Assembly (NCBI RefSeq): GCF_000196355.1
Contig: NC_007614.1
Coordinates: forward strand, 330,001 to 362,000
Source: Nitrosospira multiformis ATCC 25196
GTDB lineage: Bacteria; Pseudomonadota; Gammaproteobacteria; Burkholderiales; Nitrosomonadaceae
Direction of reading: 5' to 3'
DNA: 32,000 nt
Positions 31,254 to 32,000 of this stretch are shown one piece after another; the stretch's first letter is position 1; each line of letters opens with the position of its first letter. The notes below the pieces were generated by a model, which was not told where the DNA came from, did no database searches, and saw nothing but the letters and a program-made list of their open reading frames with translations. The translations under genes and the position numbers were made by a program.

Positions 31254-32000
31254 CAAAAGGGATGTGCTTTTGGAAAGGCTCCTTGCAATGTTTCGCATCG
31301 AGGCAGAGGCCCACCTGAAGGATATATCGTCGGGACTGCTCGCCCTGGAGGGAAAACCTGTAGATACCCCGGCGTTCGATATCATTGAGAACATGTTGCG
31401 GTGCGCACACAGTCTCAAAGGCGCAGCACGAGCAGTCAATTTTGCCCAAGTCGAGGAGACCTGCCGTTCTCTGGAAAATGTATTCTCCGCACTGAAAGAT
31501 AAAAGCCTTGCTGTATCGTCATCGCTCATCGATCAGCTGCTTAAGGCGGTCGATGCCCTGGGGACACTCGTTTCAGGAGAGGGCAGCATGGCTGAGCGGC
31601 AAAAGCTGTTGTCGGCTACAGTAACCCGACAGCTCAATGAAATGTTGAAAAGTCCCACCAAAGAAGGACGTACGGGCTCCTCCTTATCGCAGGCCGCGTC
31701 CCCTTTATCTTTGCTTCCCCCTGATGAATCATCCGCAACCCGTGCCGATGTAGGGGCATATTTGCGAACCTCTATTCCGAGCCATGCATCTGCCACAATC
31801 AGAGTGCCTACCGTAAAACTCGAAAAGGTTTTGCGTCAGGTTGAGGAATTTTTGCTGCCGTGCCTGACAGCGCGACAACGGGCCAAGGAGCTAGGCGAAA
31901 TCACTACGACACTTGCCGTATGGAAGAAACAGCGTCTGCAAATCCAGTCGGTGGTGCGCATTATTGATCGCGAGATGACATCCAGCCTCAAGGATCGCTC
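31246..32000 (+). CDS. cheA: CheA-like histidine kinase, N-terminal part (runs off the window)
   Basis: ATG at 31246 overlaps the MCP stop; Hpt-type LLAMFRIEAEAHLKDISSGLLALEG...NMLRCAHSLKGAARAVNFAQVEETCRSLENVFSAL with phosphoacceptor AHSLKGAA. Confidence 0.92.
   Translation, partial: MPDKRDVLLERLLAMFRIEAEAHLKDISSGLLALEGKPVDTPAFDIIENMLRCAHSLKGAARAVNFAQVEETCRSLENVFSALKDKSLAVSSSLIDQLLKAVDALGTLVSGEGSMAERQKLLSATVTRQLNEMLKSPTKEGRTGSSLSQAASPLSLLPPDESSATRADVGAYLRTSIPSHASATIRVPTVKLEKVLRQVEEFLLPCLTARQRAKELGEITTTLAVWKKQRLQIQSVVRIIDREMTSSLKDR

Overview
The window is mostly conserved housekeeping DNA from what looks like an ammonia-oxidising betaproteobacterium (Nitrosospira-like; an inference from gene content and order, with no search run). 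Left to right it contains: the 3' end of the ATP synthase operon (atpH tail, atpA, atpG, atpD, atpC) closed by a perfect 17-bp hairpin terminator; glmU and glmS; a minus-strand hypothetical gene; a minus-strand cell-shape cluster (mreB-mreC-mreD-mrdA-rodA-rlpA); and gatC-gatA-gatB. A gene-poor 1.7-kb stretch follows, with a 25-aa membrane-peptide ORF followed by a terminator and a possible 106-aa exported protein. After that come a RelB/RelE-like toxin-antitoxin pair, a periplasmic MsrA-thioredoxin-like-MsrB fusion, a PAS(x4)-GGDEF-EAL(EIL) regulator, and a divergent Wsp-like chemosensory operon (cheW, cheR-TPR, cheW, HAMP-less MCP, cheA running off the edge). I see no CRISPR array, tRNA/rRNA, prophage or transposase, and no convincing wholly new system. 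The best candidates for follow-up are the divergent c-di-GMP/chemosensory locus with dyads in its intergenic region, the HAMP-less receptor, the MsrAB fusion, the atypical toxin-antitoxin pair, the 25-aa ORF and the orphan 8.2-9.2 kb gene.
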